The notes: generated from the sequence alone by a model not told the origin. Positions 10,815 to 22,559 are shown, counted from the whole stretch's first letter. The stretch: 63,610 bases of DNA, filler included, from Octopus bimaculoides (GCF_001194135.2; 6 parts of 6 records of this genome joined end to end with filler, not necessarily neighbours in it); one strand, 5' to 3'. Translations and numbers: made by a program.

Positions 10815-10925
10815 AATACCAGGTTTTAAAAAATAAGTACTGGGTTGATTCAATCGACTAATATTCTTCAAGGCGGTGCCCCAGCATGGCCGCAGTCTAA
10901 TGACTGAGACAAGTAAAAGATAAAA
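10815..10925 (+). mobile_element. SINE family C 3' half
   Basis: AAGTACTGGGTTGATTCAATCGAC...CAAGGCGGTGCCCCAGCATGGCCGCAGTCTAATGACTGAGACAAGTAAAAGATAAAAG. Confidence 0.8.
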
Positions 10926-12114
10926 GACACACACACACACACACACACACAAAGTAAAACAAATATATGCAAAAACATAAACAGTAAATATATTTATATA
11001 TATAAAATAAAACAGTGATTTATTCCGGTGTGTGACGTCAGAACACCAAAGTCGACAGATCGATTGCGGTGGAATTTGAATTAACCATTTTTCGCTGATC
11101 TAGTTTTGGTATTGGTAGTCTTACTTCACCAAAAAGATGTCTTTAGTTTCCAGAGTTATTATTATTGCAATGTCTCATTCACAACCAACTCATTCTATCT
11201 TTTTGTCTTTCTTCCTCTCTGTCGTCTATATCATTCTTTCTTTCTGTCTTTTTACCTTAATGTTCGCTTTTCTGGTTTGTCTATTTGTCTGTTCTCTCTC
11301 TCACTCACTCACTTTTTCCCTCCTTCTCTCTCTCTTACTTTTCTCTTCCTATTCCACCACCATTCTCCTGTTTTTTTCTTTTTGTCTGTATGTCTGTCTC
11401 CTGTATGTTCGCCACTCACTCACTCACTCACTCATCCACTCACTCACTCCCTCTCTCACTATTTCACTCACTCACTCACTCACTCACTCGCTGACTATTA
11501 AGTATAAATAAAATATATGTAATGTTTGTTTCCATTGCCTCTCATTTCTGTATCCTCAATCTCTCCGTTTCTTTTTCTTTCTTCGTCTCTGTCTGTCTGT
11601 CTCTTTCTCTTTCTATCTCTCTCTCTCCTCCCTATTCTTTTATTTTTTCCTATAATGTCCCAGTCGTTATTGTCTCTTTTCCTCACTTCTTGCTCAACTC
11701 ATACCTAGTGGAACGGATCATCATCATGAACGTCGCCATCGTCACTGCCGCCGATGTCCTCTTCCAGCTATTTTTCTTTCTCTTTAGAATTCGTCTTTCA
11801 GACGAATTTTAAAGCGAAGGAAACAACTAGTTCTGTAAAAGTTGCTAATATAATAAATGAAAATATATCTACTATACACACATGCGTACGTACATGCATG
11901 CATATAGACAAATATCACATATATATATACATATATATACATATGCATATCTATACACAGACATATATCATACACATTTATGAAGAGGTACATATATACA
12001 AACACGAATAAATACATGCATATATATTTAAATTACATCTATCTGTCTAATGCGTATATTTATGTACATACATATATGTATCTGTCTACATTTACTCACA
12101 CACAAACACACACA

Positions 12115-12372
12115 CATGAATGTCCTTGGGGGCTAAACCCTTTTTCTGAAGGTGCTTGATAACATCACGATGCCAAATTTTGTCGATTTTCAAGAGAAGT
12201 CGCTACAAGTTACTTTTGAAGTCTTCTTTGAATAGCGAGATGTTAATTTACCTGGAAAGAAACAATACTGCTGTTAATAAGAATAGTTGAAATTAATGCA
12301 TGCAAGATTTCGCATCTCTAGCGCCACTCCTTCATAGTCAGCCTATGAACGTTTCAGCTCACCCCCGTCTTA
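12115..12372 (-). mobile_element. 5' fragment of a second mariner family
   Basis: Minus strand has a TIR-like GACGGGGGTGAGCTGAAA, then KIDKIWHRDVIKHLQKKGLAPKDIH (mariner N-terminus), truncated by a CA microsatellite. Confidence 0.75.
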
Positions 12373-12559
12373 TTGCAGGGCACAAACATATGTTCACTAG
12401 ATAATTCATGCAACACAGAAGCCATGATTTATGAGGTAGAGTTCACGTAACCTTGAAGGGTTACATAGGCATGGTAATTATGACAGAAAGAAAACGTAAG
12501 TAAAGATGTTGTAATAGTACATTTTTTTATAGACATATCGAAAAAGAACGCAAGTAAAT

Positions 12560-12780
12560 TAGCCGGCTTCATTTTATAATAAAGGGGGAAATCTTCAAAG
12601 TGCAGCATCAAATGGAAATCTTCAAATTATTCAAACCCTCCAAAAATGGAAACCAAATGTGTGATCTGTGTACGCTAGAGAAACGGAAAATCTCCAATAA
12701 CCTACATAACCAAGAGCTTTATTTGAACACTTTAAAATGCAGACACTTCGAAAAGCATCTGTTTTCGAAGTTGAGAAGCA
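12560..12780 (+). mobile_element. Penelope-like GIY-YIG extreme C-terminus (same lineage type as 7055-7545)
   Basis: SKLAGFI...SIKW(frameshift)...KPSKNGNQMCDLCTLEKRKI...LKCRHFEKHLF resembles the LSxxIW...IxW...CxLCLxEK...CRH end of this lineage. Confidence 0.65.
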
Positions 12781-13415
12781 TACCATCATTGACTAAATCC
12801 ACGCGATTGCACGTACGTCTGCTTCTCTTTAGATTTTACTTTTGCTCTCTTTCTTCTACCGTTCTCTTTGAGTCATTCCTCTTTTGTATTTTTCTTCCAA
12901 CAGTCACACACTGTACCTAGCCTTATTATTTTTAAAAATCTAAATTAGGTATCTATTTTCATTATAAAATATATTTTTAGTATTGTTTAAATGAAATTCA
13001 CCCCTAAAACTTTGAGATCATGATTGCAATCATAAATGTTTCCACGTCACAGTTCGCAGCCTTATACAGTTCTATCACGATATTTTCTGTAATATTTTTC
13101 ATTTCAATGTTCATTTAGAATGAATTGCATAAGAACAAATCCGTTACATTCTCCAAAATATAATTTATGAACTTTTAGTTAAAGAAAAAGAAAAGAAAAT
13201 ATTTCTCGTAGGGCCCAGAATGCACCAAACTGAAATAAAGGAGAATTTCGTCTTTGTTACCAGTCAGTTACAAATCCAGTTTTTCGTATTACTAGCTAAT
13301 TTTATTTAGCATATACTTAAGTGTTCGTCTTTTCCTTCATTAGATTCCTAAAGTAAATGCGTATAAGGATAAGGAGAGGCAATAAGTATACAGTTGTATC
13401 AGTAATTCAGGATTT

Positions 13416-13417
<2 letters not shown>

Positions 13418-13451
<34 letters not shown>

Positions 13452-13480
13452 CAGCAGTAGTAGTAGCAGCAGCAGCAGTA
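13418..13480. repeat. (TAG)n/(CAG)n compound microsatellite
   Basis: Read directly. Confidence 0.95.
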
Positions 13481-15713
13481 GTGATGGCAATGGTGGGGGT
13501 AGTATAGTAATAATGATAGTCGTGGTGGTGGGAGGAGTAGTAGTTGTACCAACATCTGCATCAACAACAACACTCGTACTGCTTAAATTGCTCTCTGTAT
13601 TGATCCCTAATTTTAGTACGAAGCCACGCATCTTGATGGGTGTGAGGGAGTGAAAGGCGATAATAATCTACCTCCGGTATTTGCCTGGTTCATTATTTTA
13701 TCGTTCTACCCATCCGGAACGGCAAACATAACCTTGGCGGGATTTGAACTTGGAACATTTTATCCGACGCTCAACCGATGTAATAAATGACGGTAGATTG
13801 ACAGAACTAACAAAATACCTTGCAATATTTAATAAAATCACGACCGTTTATGATCTGAGTTAAAGTCCCGCCGAATTCATTTTTACCTTTTATTCTTTCA
13901 TATGGTGTAGTTAATTGTAGCAGGAAGGATATGAGATGCCGGTAGTTGAGTTGGGTTCTAGTTGTGCATAATGAATGCACAACACTCAGGAACAATTAAT
14001 AGAATCTTATTTCACTGCACAAATATTTGCCATGTTAGTCATGAATCAAAAATGCGACTACAAAGTTTACATATTGGAAGCACAGTTCTGTAGCTCTTAC
14101 AAACAGTTGATTAAGAAGGCTTTGTAGTTATGTTGTGGCAAGATGCAAAACCGAATCGACAATAATCAACAATAATCGACCATTATGCTGCCAAGATAGG
14201 AGAAAAATATACACACTGGGTTCATGTCGGCGAACTAGAATTGCTGTTTAGGTTGAGTAAAAGTCATAAGAACGACTGTTAAAAGCAACAAAATGAGAAT
14301 GTGATCAGCTTAGTTATGGGCTGCAACAAACTGAAGTTTAGCGCTCAAAACGTGCTATTTATAAGCATTGTAAAGAAACGTTCTAGCATCACCTAGAAAG
14401 ATGCATTACGTGATGTCTCGATGCTAAGTGGTCCATAACTCGGCCGATCACATTAAAAAACTGTTGCGAAACCGTGATTTTAACTTGGCAGTTTGTCGAG
14501 TTGGTTTCGAATCTTGCCACAATACCATTCGTGGTCGATAAAATTAAAATTAAAATTAAAGTCAACTATTGGGTAGATTTATATTGCTATAATATAATCT
14601 ATAAGATACCCTTATTAGTTCCAGCTCTACTATTCCAATCCTGAAATGCATTTCTTAAAGATATTTTTCCAAAAGTTCAAATATTTGATCTTATTGGAGT
14701 TGTCTACATTGTCTGTTGTCAGATTTCAAACACTCACAGATGGAATTTTTGTCAACTAATTGCATGGATTATACATACGAGACACAGTCGTAATGCTATG
14801 TTGCGGCACTTCGTTTGTGACAGGGATACTAATAGAAGCATTTCACAATACATCATCACTAACAAAATACTGGATTACTTTTTATAAGTCTGTCAAAAGA
14901 GGGTGATAAACGAGAATAGATGTATCGTAATATAGTCGTGTATCTTGCTATATAAATTTGAAATAGGAGCTAGACTGTCATATTTGGTTATGGAATAGTC
15001 CTACATTTGTTAACTGTAAACTTGCACTAAAGAAATCTCTTCGTTACACACAGGCATTTATCAAAAGCCACATTGAATTAACCTTTTATTTCCTTCCTGT
15101 ATTTTAAAACCAACATTGCTATTCTAGTACCATGAACTTTAGTCTAAACTATTTATAAATTATATAATACAAGATAAGATATACAAAACACGATAAGATA
15201 TATAAAACAAACAGTGAGCAACAATGATCGTACCTAAACTCACGTGAAGTGGCAAGCAAATCTCCACAATTAACAGAACAGAAAATTTTTGTATTGAACA
15301 AAAAAGACCAACTGATTAAATATTCTTTCTTGGTTGCTTTTTCGTTAATATCTCTGTTGCGTTTTAACATTTTAAAAATTTATTTTCGGAAACCATTTGC
15401 TGGGTTTGGACATTCATAAAGTATAAATATCATTAGAACAGTGGGAAAAGAAATATCCTTTGTGTAATATATCTAGGGCAAGGTCACAGCGTTTTTCTAA
15501 TCGAAAATATCTGTGGTGGAATCTGAGCTGAGTAGGGTAAGATAACGAAAAACTCGCCAGTTTTACAGTGTCTGCTCTGTGGCATGTAATAATAATAATA
15601 CCAATGAAGTGAGCTAACAGACGATCAAATCGAAAGGGTATCGAACTGCCAAAAGGAGAATGGATTGCGCAATCCCAATCAGTTTCAGTGCATAGCGTTC
15701 ATGATCAAAAGTC

Positions 15714-15771
<58 letters not shown>

Positions 15772-15963
15772 AACCAGTTCATCGAATTGAGAATAGATAC
15801 CAGAAGGGTAGCAGATGTTTAGTCGGCTTTGAATGAGCAAACCTAAATCGGAGACATTCCAACCATGATCATCTCGTTGTTTTACAAGTATATCAAGGAC
15901 TACATTATCCAATGCACTCTTTCTTTTCCTAGATAGTTGAGTGTGATTTAAAGGAAGTTTGGA

Positions 15964-16606
15964 GGATCTATTTCAAAACGGGGGCACCAGTATTTTCTTA
16001 ACGAAACACTAACGAAACACTTTGAAACTTGGAACACTGGTAGAATGTGTCATATAAAACATCTTTTACTCTTAGTCTTCTTAACAAAAAAACGTACATC
16101 GCAAGTTATTCCATGTGAAAGTTGTCGTATTTCTGTAATTTCAACCAATCACTGACGTCTATTCAGCTGAATAGAGTTACTGCTGAGCGGTCATAAAAAT
16201 GTTATTCCCTGTGACATATTTCATCCGGTTTAATCGTAATTTATACGCATATATTGTTTATATGATAAATTACGCTGTGCGTATCTATGTGTGTAACAAT
16301 TTTAGGGTTCGGATTCTAGAGTTAGGGTTACGGTTACGGTTAACAGTCTAGTTAGGGTTAGGGTTAGGGGATTAATACGATATACACCGTTACAGCGCTA
16401 ACTGTTTTCAACTGAATAGACGTCAGTGATTAGTAGAAATTATCGAAATAAGACAATTTTTTACATGAAATAAATTCGAATACAAAATTTTTTTTCTGTT
16501 CTATAACACAAAATAGATAAGTATACGAAGTTTGAAAGTCTTTCGGTACCAAAAACACTACATAAAACATTAATGAAAACTGGCGCCCCCGTTTTAAAAT
16601 AGATCC
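15964..16606. mobile_element. Merlin-like MITE with long TIRs and an 8-bp TSD
   Basis: Ends GGATCTATTTCAAAACGGGGGCACCAGT / ACTGGCGCCCCCGTTTTAAAATAGATCC. Perfect TSD AGTTTGGA at 15956-15963 and 16607-16614. The IR continues internally (AATCACTGACGTCTATTCAG / CTGAATAGACGTCAGTGATT). GG termini with an 8-bp TSD fit the Merlin superfamily. Confidence 0.8.
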
Positions 16607-16825
16607 AGTTTGGATGCTATTTCTAGAAGAATCAGTGATCACATAGTATCTTCCTTGTTGGCATGACAATGCAACGAGAACATAGTGTAATTAATAAGTG
16701 TATTGTTAGCAATAATAAATTAATATCTTCATATTGTCCCGAAAGAAGAGTCCATATTATTATGTTTCTTTAACGTCTTCACCAGGAATTTATTTGGGTG
16801 ATTCTTTGAACTTGGCAAGCTAGAA

Positions 16826-16827
16826 TG

Positions 16828-16871
<44 letters not shown>

Positions 16872-16920
16872 GACGACGACGACGACGACGACGACGAAGA
16901 CAACGATGACGACGACGATA
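16826..16920. repeat. (ACT)n to (ACG)n compound microsatellite
   Basis: Read directly. Confidence 0.95.
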
Positions 16921-17810
16921 ATGCTAATTATATGGAGTAGGGCTATAAGTGTTAGATGTTGGGGTTCCTTACCAACTTTTCTTTCACACACAGCAAAATC
17001 AGAATTGAAAGTGAAATAGTTGCAAACAAGATTCTAAACTGGATCACCCTATCACTCTTCCATTCTTTACAACATCAACATCCCCCATAGAATTATTCGA
17101 GTATTTTAAACCCAAACTTACGATCCGCTAAAAATTACCCAAAATTTGTAAACATTAAAAGCTATTAACTTTATATTTATCAATTTATGGTAAACATGAA
17201 TTTCATTTCCCTAATCATCATGCAAAACTTAATCGGTCTAACCAGATTTGAAAACACTTGGAACAAGATTGAAAAAGTATGAAATCTGTGACAGCAACTG
17301 AAAAGATTCGAAAACAAAGTCGGTCCTGAATAATTTTGCCAAATGACAAGATCTAAAAACCACATATCACGTACACACGCGCGCGCGCATAGACGCACAC
17401 ATATGTGCACACAAAACATTTTTTCGATTCTTTTCGTGGGTATGGGGAACCACGGTTACTTTAGAAAAGTGATAAAATGAGAAATTGTTATTGCAATGAT
17501 GCTAATGTAAGTATATCAACATATGTCACTAAATTGTGTGGAAGTACGTCAGATGGACTGTACCTGTAATTTCAGCGGTGCATCCTTGTTACAGTGTGTT
17601 ATGCGACTTCTACCGTGGGATTACATTAAAGGATACACGTGTCTGTGGAATACTCAGCCAATGTTAATACAATGAGTAAGGTAGTTCAGCAAAACGAATA
17701 ACTGGATTAATCCTGGTAGAAACCGACGGAGAATATAAATTTCATCTGTGTGTGTGTGTGTGTGTGTGTATGTGTGTGCGTGTGTGTGTACGTGCATGCA
17801 TGTATATATA

Positions 17811-18969
17811 TGTAAGGGACGACCGTGCGAACTCAAAAAGGAGAAATGGTGACGAATGGAAAAACAGGACTCCTTTTATTTAAACGCGTCACACGGTCGA
17901 ACACAAAATATATATATCAATAATGATATATAGATGATATGTTATGCGACGATAACATAGATGACCAGTAATGAAAGACCACAACCGTATTAGATGAATA
18001 ACAGAGATATTTATTGTAGCGTTAAAGATGTATGTCTGTGTGAGAGTGTGAATGCGACATATAATAACATAATCAAAGACAGGCCGTCATACAAAGAAAA
18101 GTGTGTATGTGAGTGATACATGTGTGTATGAGAAATATTACAGCAGAGAAAAAAAGAGTCNNNNNNNNNNNNNNNNNNNNNNNNNNNNNNNNNNNNNNNN
18201 NNNNNNNNNNNNNNNNNNNNNNNNNNNNNNNNNNNNNNNNNNNNNNNNNNNNNNNNNNNNNNNNNNNNNNNNNNNNNNNNNNNNNNNNNNNNNNNNNNNN
18301 NNNNNNNNNNNNNNNNNNNNNNNNNNNNNNNNNNNNNNNNNNNNNNNNNNNNNNNNNNNNNNNNNNNNNNNNNNNNNNNNNNNNNNNNNNNNNNNNNNNN
18401 NNNNNNNNNNNNNNNNNNNNNNNNNNNNNNNNNNNNNNNNNNNNNNNNNNNNNNNNNNNNNNNNNNNNNNNNNNNNNNNNNNNNNNNNNNNNNNNNNNNN
18501 NNNNNNNNNNNNNNNNNNNNNNNNNNNNNNNNNNNNNNNNNNNNNNNNNNNNNNNNNNNNNNNNNNNNNNNNNNNNNNNNNNNNNNNNNNNNNNNNNNNN
18601 NNNNNNNNNNNNNNNNNNNNNNNNNNNNNNNNNNNNNNNNNNNNNNNNNNNNNNNNNNNNNNNNNNNNNNNNNNNNNNNNNNNNNNNNNNNNNNNNNNNN
18701 NNNNNNNNNNNNNNNNNNNNNNNNNNNNNNNNNNNNNNNNNNNNNNNNNNNNNNNNNNNNNNNNGGACCGAGAAAAATTTGTTGGGTATGAGTTGATCTA
18801 TTTATAGCGTTAAGAGGGCTCCAAGACGGTGATAGAATTTTACTCTATCACGTGACCTTATTAGGGGCTGTGATTGGTCAGTTTGCGTTCTGGCGGGAAC
18901 GGTTCGAAGAAGTTGCCGATTCGAATAATAATCAGTCACGTGATGACAAGGAATGGGTTCTCTACTACG
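17811..18969 (-). mobile_element. Probable solo LTR (centre lies in an N gap)
   Basis: Starts TGTAAGGGACGAC and ends CTACTACG. Shares GGAGA(A)ATGGTGACGAATGGA and CACGTGACCTTAT blocks with 39576-40538. TATA-like (CTATAAATAG) and AATAAA on the minus strand. Confidence 0.55.
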
Positions 18970-19087
18970 CTCGCATTTATTATATTTAAATGAGAAGATT
19001 GTATGTAATGGCGATAGTAGTTTTGTATCTAATGGCGATAGGTAGTTTCACTACATATATGCATGTATTTATATATGTGTGCATATA

Positions 19088-19575
19088 GGCGCAGGAGTGG
19101 CTGAGTGGTAAGTAGCTTGCTTACGAACCACATGGTTCTGGGTTCAGTCCTACTTTTTGGCACCTTGGCAAGTGTCTACTATAGCCTCGGGCTAACCAAA
19201 GCCTTGTGAGTGGATTTGGTAGACGGAAACTGAAAGAAGCCCGTCGTATATATATANNNNNNNNNNNNNNNNNNNNNNNNNNNNNNNNNNNNNNNNNNNN
19301 NNNNNNNNNNNNNNNNNNNNNNNNNNNNNNNNNNNNNNNNNNATATGTATGTATGTATGTATGTGTGTATATGTTTGTGTCTGTGTTTGTCCTACCAACA
19401 CCTCTTGACAACCGATGCTTGTGTGTTTACGTCCCTGTAACTTAGCGGTTCGGCAAAAGAGACCGACAAAATAAGTACTAGGCTTGCAAAGAATAAATCC
19501 TGGGTCGATTTGCTCGACTAAAGGCAGTGCTCCGGCATGGCCACAGTCAATTGACTGAAACAAGTAAAAGAGTAA
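19088..19575 (+). mobile_element. Full-length tRNA-headed SINE, family C, with an internal microsatellite
   Basis: GGCGCAGGAGTGGCTGAGTGG (A box)...GGTTCAGTCC (B box)...GGAAACTGAAAGAAGCCCGTCG, then (TA)n/gap/(TATG)n, then the 3' half ending AAACAAGTAAAAGAGTAA. Confidence 0.88.
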
Positions 19576-20622
19576 ATTTACAAATATATATGTATGTGTG
19601 TATATGTGTGTGTATGCATGTGTGTAAGTATGTGTATTATGCATGTATATATCAATATATACTTGTGAGTGTGTATATGTATGTATGTGTATGTGTATAT
19701 GTTTGTATGTATGTACAATTCTAGTAAAAAGTAAAAGTTTGTATTTTTTCTAAATATTTTGTGGCAAACATAAAAAACCAATTATCTACAAGATATCTCC
19801 AGGTAACAAAGTTAATTAGTTTATAGTAATTATTCTGATATAATGATGAAATACTATTTCATCATTTCCCTTTATATTGTGACATTTCACACATCACAAA
19901 GAACATCAATAATTTATAGAAATAAATGGAATTACTTAACAGGATGCAGACGAAGCAGCTTTGAAAGAAATCCATGTGCACCTCCAGTTAATTTGTCTAA
20001 GACAATTTTCTACCGAGCTTAATTATCCATCGAAAAGTCTTCCCACGTTGAGTGTACACGAACTCACGAAATATTTTTGTGAATGCATATGTTTCTCTCA
20101 ACGCTGCTTCATACACCTCTAATTTATTCCAGCTTGACTAATCTTTGTGCACATCAACAAATGTACTATTTGCTGGTCTTATGTATAAGAACAGCTGTTC
20201 TTACAAGGCCGTGAAGGACTGATTTAGTATTCGTATCTGATGAACGTAACGATGCAGAAACCTATGCTTCATACGATCCGATGACGTGGTTAGTAATTCA
20301 ATGTTATGTTTTCACACATTGTCTATGAAGAAAATTTTCTCCCGATGCTATTTCGCAGTCAATGTTCTTCCCACATTCGCGTGTACACGAGCGTGTTAAA
20401 TAGGATTGTATTCACATATGTTTATAGAATCGACATCTGACAGAGGGCACAAATGATTGCTTTACGTCATGGTAGAATAAAGTTCGGGAAGTTATCAACT
20501 CAATTAAATGTATCTATTAGTTCTGTTTAGAAAGCTTTGCCTCGATTTCGTCTGACATATGGAAGCATATCAATCGGTAGTCGGTTAGTCCAGGTCATTC
20601 CACAGTTGAACATAGTCATGTA

Positions 20623-20720
20623 CACAGCATTATGCCAGTTTTCCGCGAGAGAATATGACATGGATAGTGCACGAACCACGAATCAATTTTCTTGCTAATT
20701 GCTGGCATTCCATCTTCTTT

Positions 20721-20809
<89 letters not shown>

Positions 20810-21065
20810 GTGCGCGCATCTTTGTGTCTGTGCTTTCCATCATGCCAACGCTTGACAACGAGTGTTGGCTCCTTTATGTTTGCGTAACTTAGTCTATCAG
20901 TTTCGTTTGTCGAACTACTAAGTACCAGACTTTAAAAACTTATGATATGGAGAAACATTTCAATTTGTCTAACACCATAAGATGAAAGAAGATGGGATGC
21001 CAACAATTAACAAGAAAATTAGTTCGTGATCGTGTTTTGACAGTGAAAACTAGCGTAATACTGTG
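20623..21065. mobile_element. Palindromic TA-TSD MITE (Tc1/mariner-type) split by a SINE-C 3' half
   Basis: TA|CACAGCATTATGCCAGTTTT...AATTTTCTTGCTAATTGCTGGCATTCCATCTTCTTTCA is mirrored by TGAAAGAAGATGGGATGCCAACAATTAACAAGAAAATT...AAAACTAGCGTAATACTGTG|TA. Confidence 0.7.
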
Positions 21066-21622
21066 TACATGGCCATCTTAGACTAACTGTATCATTCAAC
21101 TACGGTAGTAGTTGAATAATATTCTTACGGCCGCAATTTACTCACACGCAGCATCTTTTAAAGCTTGTCACTAATTCAGTTCTTAATCAAATGGAAAGCC
21201 GTTAAGATTTTTGAAGAGGAATGGTCCCTAGCTACATTTTGGCAGAAAAAAATTTGATATTTGGTCCAGTAGAAAAAAAAGGTTTACCCAATCAAGTTTA
21301 GATCTAAATAACTTTTTTTTATTTTAAAAGCAAAATATATTTATCTTAGCTTAAATGATAGAGCTCAATTCGAGGAATTCCATAGTATCAAACCCATGCA
21401 ATGAAATTTTAAAAGAAAAGAGTTATGAGTGTTTATTTCCCATATTTGAGGGTGATAATATAGTTCTATACTTTTTCATGAATATAGTTTTAGGGGACTT
21501 TTAATATATGTTACCGGCTTCATTGAGGTAAGGATAAAATTATCAGTGACACTGCTAATTGACACATTTGATACATTATTAATTAGCATAGCCTAGAAAA
21601 AACATGGATTACATGGAAAAAT

Positions 21623-22417
21623 TAAACCTGCGAAAGTACAGGACAAACTATTACACTTGGAAAAGTTCAGGACAATTTATTACATCTGGTAAAGTACAAA
21701 ACAAGAAAATTTACGTAAAATAAGGCAGCTAAGGATAAAATTTGAATATTAAAAATTATTTGGTTTTAATTTACTAAGTAACATAATTAAAAAAGGTACC
21801 ATCATTTTGCTAAAATATTGACACACTAGAATACTTAAGAAATGAGAGCCAGAAGTACCAATATAGCTAAAGTTTTATGCCAAGTAGAATAGTATAAATG
21901 GTAGGCAAATTCATTATGTAAAAAATAGGTATTGTTCAAAACTAAAAATGTGAAGACTTGGCAATAACTTAGGCAATACTCAAGCAAATTTTACTGTGAC
22001 TTTGTTGTTATAAGTAAATTTTACTGTAATAGATATCTATTTTTTGTATTATTCTATTCATTGTACTAATTATGTACTACTATCATTTTTATAACCTATT
22101 TTCAAATTTCTAATTATTAATTAAAATTTTAAAAACTGAATTTTTTTAAAGTGCAAAAAATATTTTGAGTTATTTTTTATTTTTAATAGACGTAAAAAGT
22201 AATAACAAATAGAAGTAATAACTTGTAATAAATTGTAATAAAATTTTTAGTTTTAATAAAAGCTAATATTTTTAAAATCTAAATATTTTATTTGAAATTT
22301 TATCCTTAGCTGCAATATTTTAAGTAAAAATTGTCTTGTTCTGTACTTTACCTGATGTAATAACTTGTCCTGAACCTTTTCAAGTGTAATAACTTGTCCT
22401 GTACTTTTCCAGATTTA
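21623..22417. mobile_element. Foldback/MULE-like non-autonomous DNA transposon with ~130-150-bp modular TIRs
   Basis: 21623-21750 is inverted at 22290-22417. Each arm holds about three subrepeats (AAAGT[AT]CAGGACAA..TATTACA). AT-rich interior; no TSD resolved. Confidence 0.7.
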
Positions 22418-22461
22418 TGATCTTAAGAATATTATTTCTATTGCTCACATTTTTCCATATA

Positions 22462-22476
<15 letters not shown>

Positions 22477-22559
<83 letters not shown>

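Noticed and set aside
12255-12275. Strong acceptor-like TTGTTTCTTTCCAG on the minus strand
   Set aside because: It lies within the 5' region of a mariner fragment, and the downstream frames close quickly.
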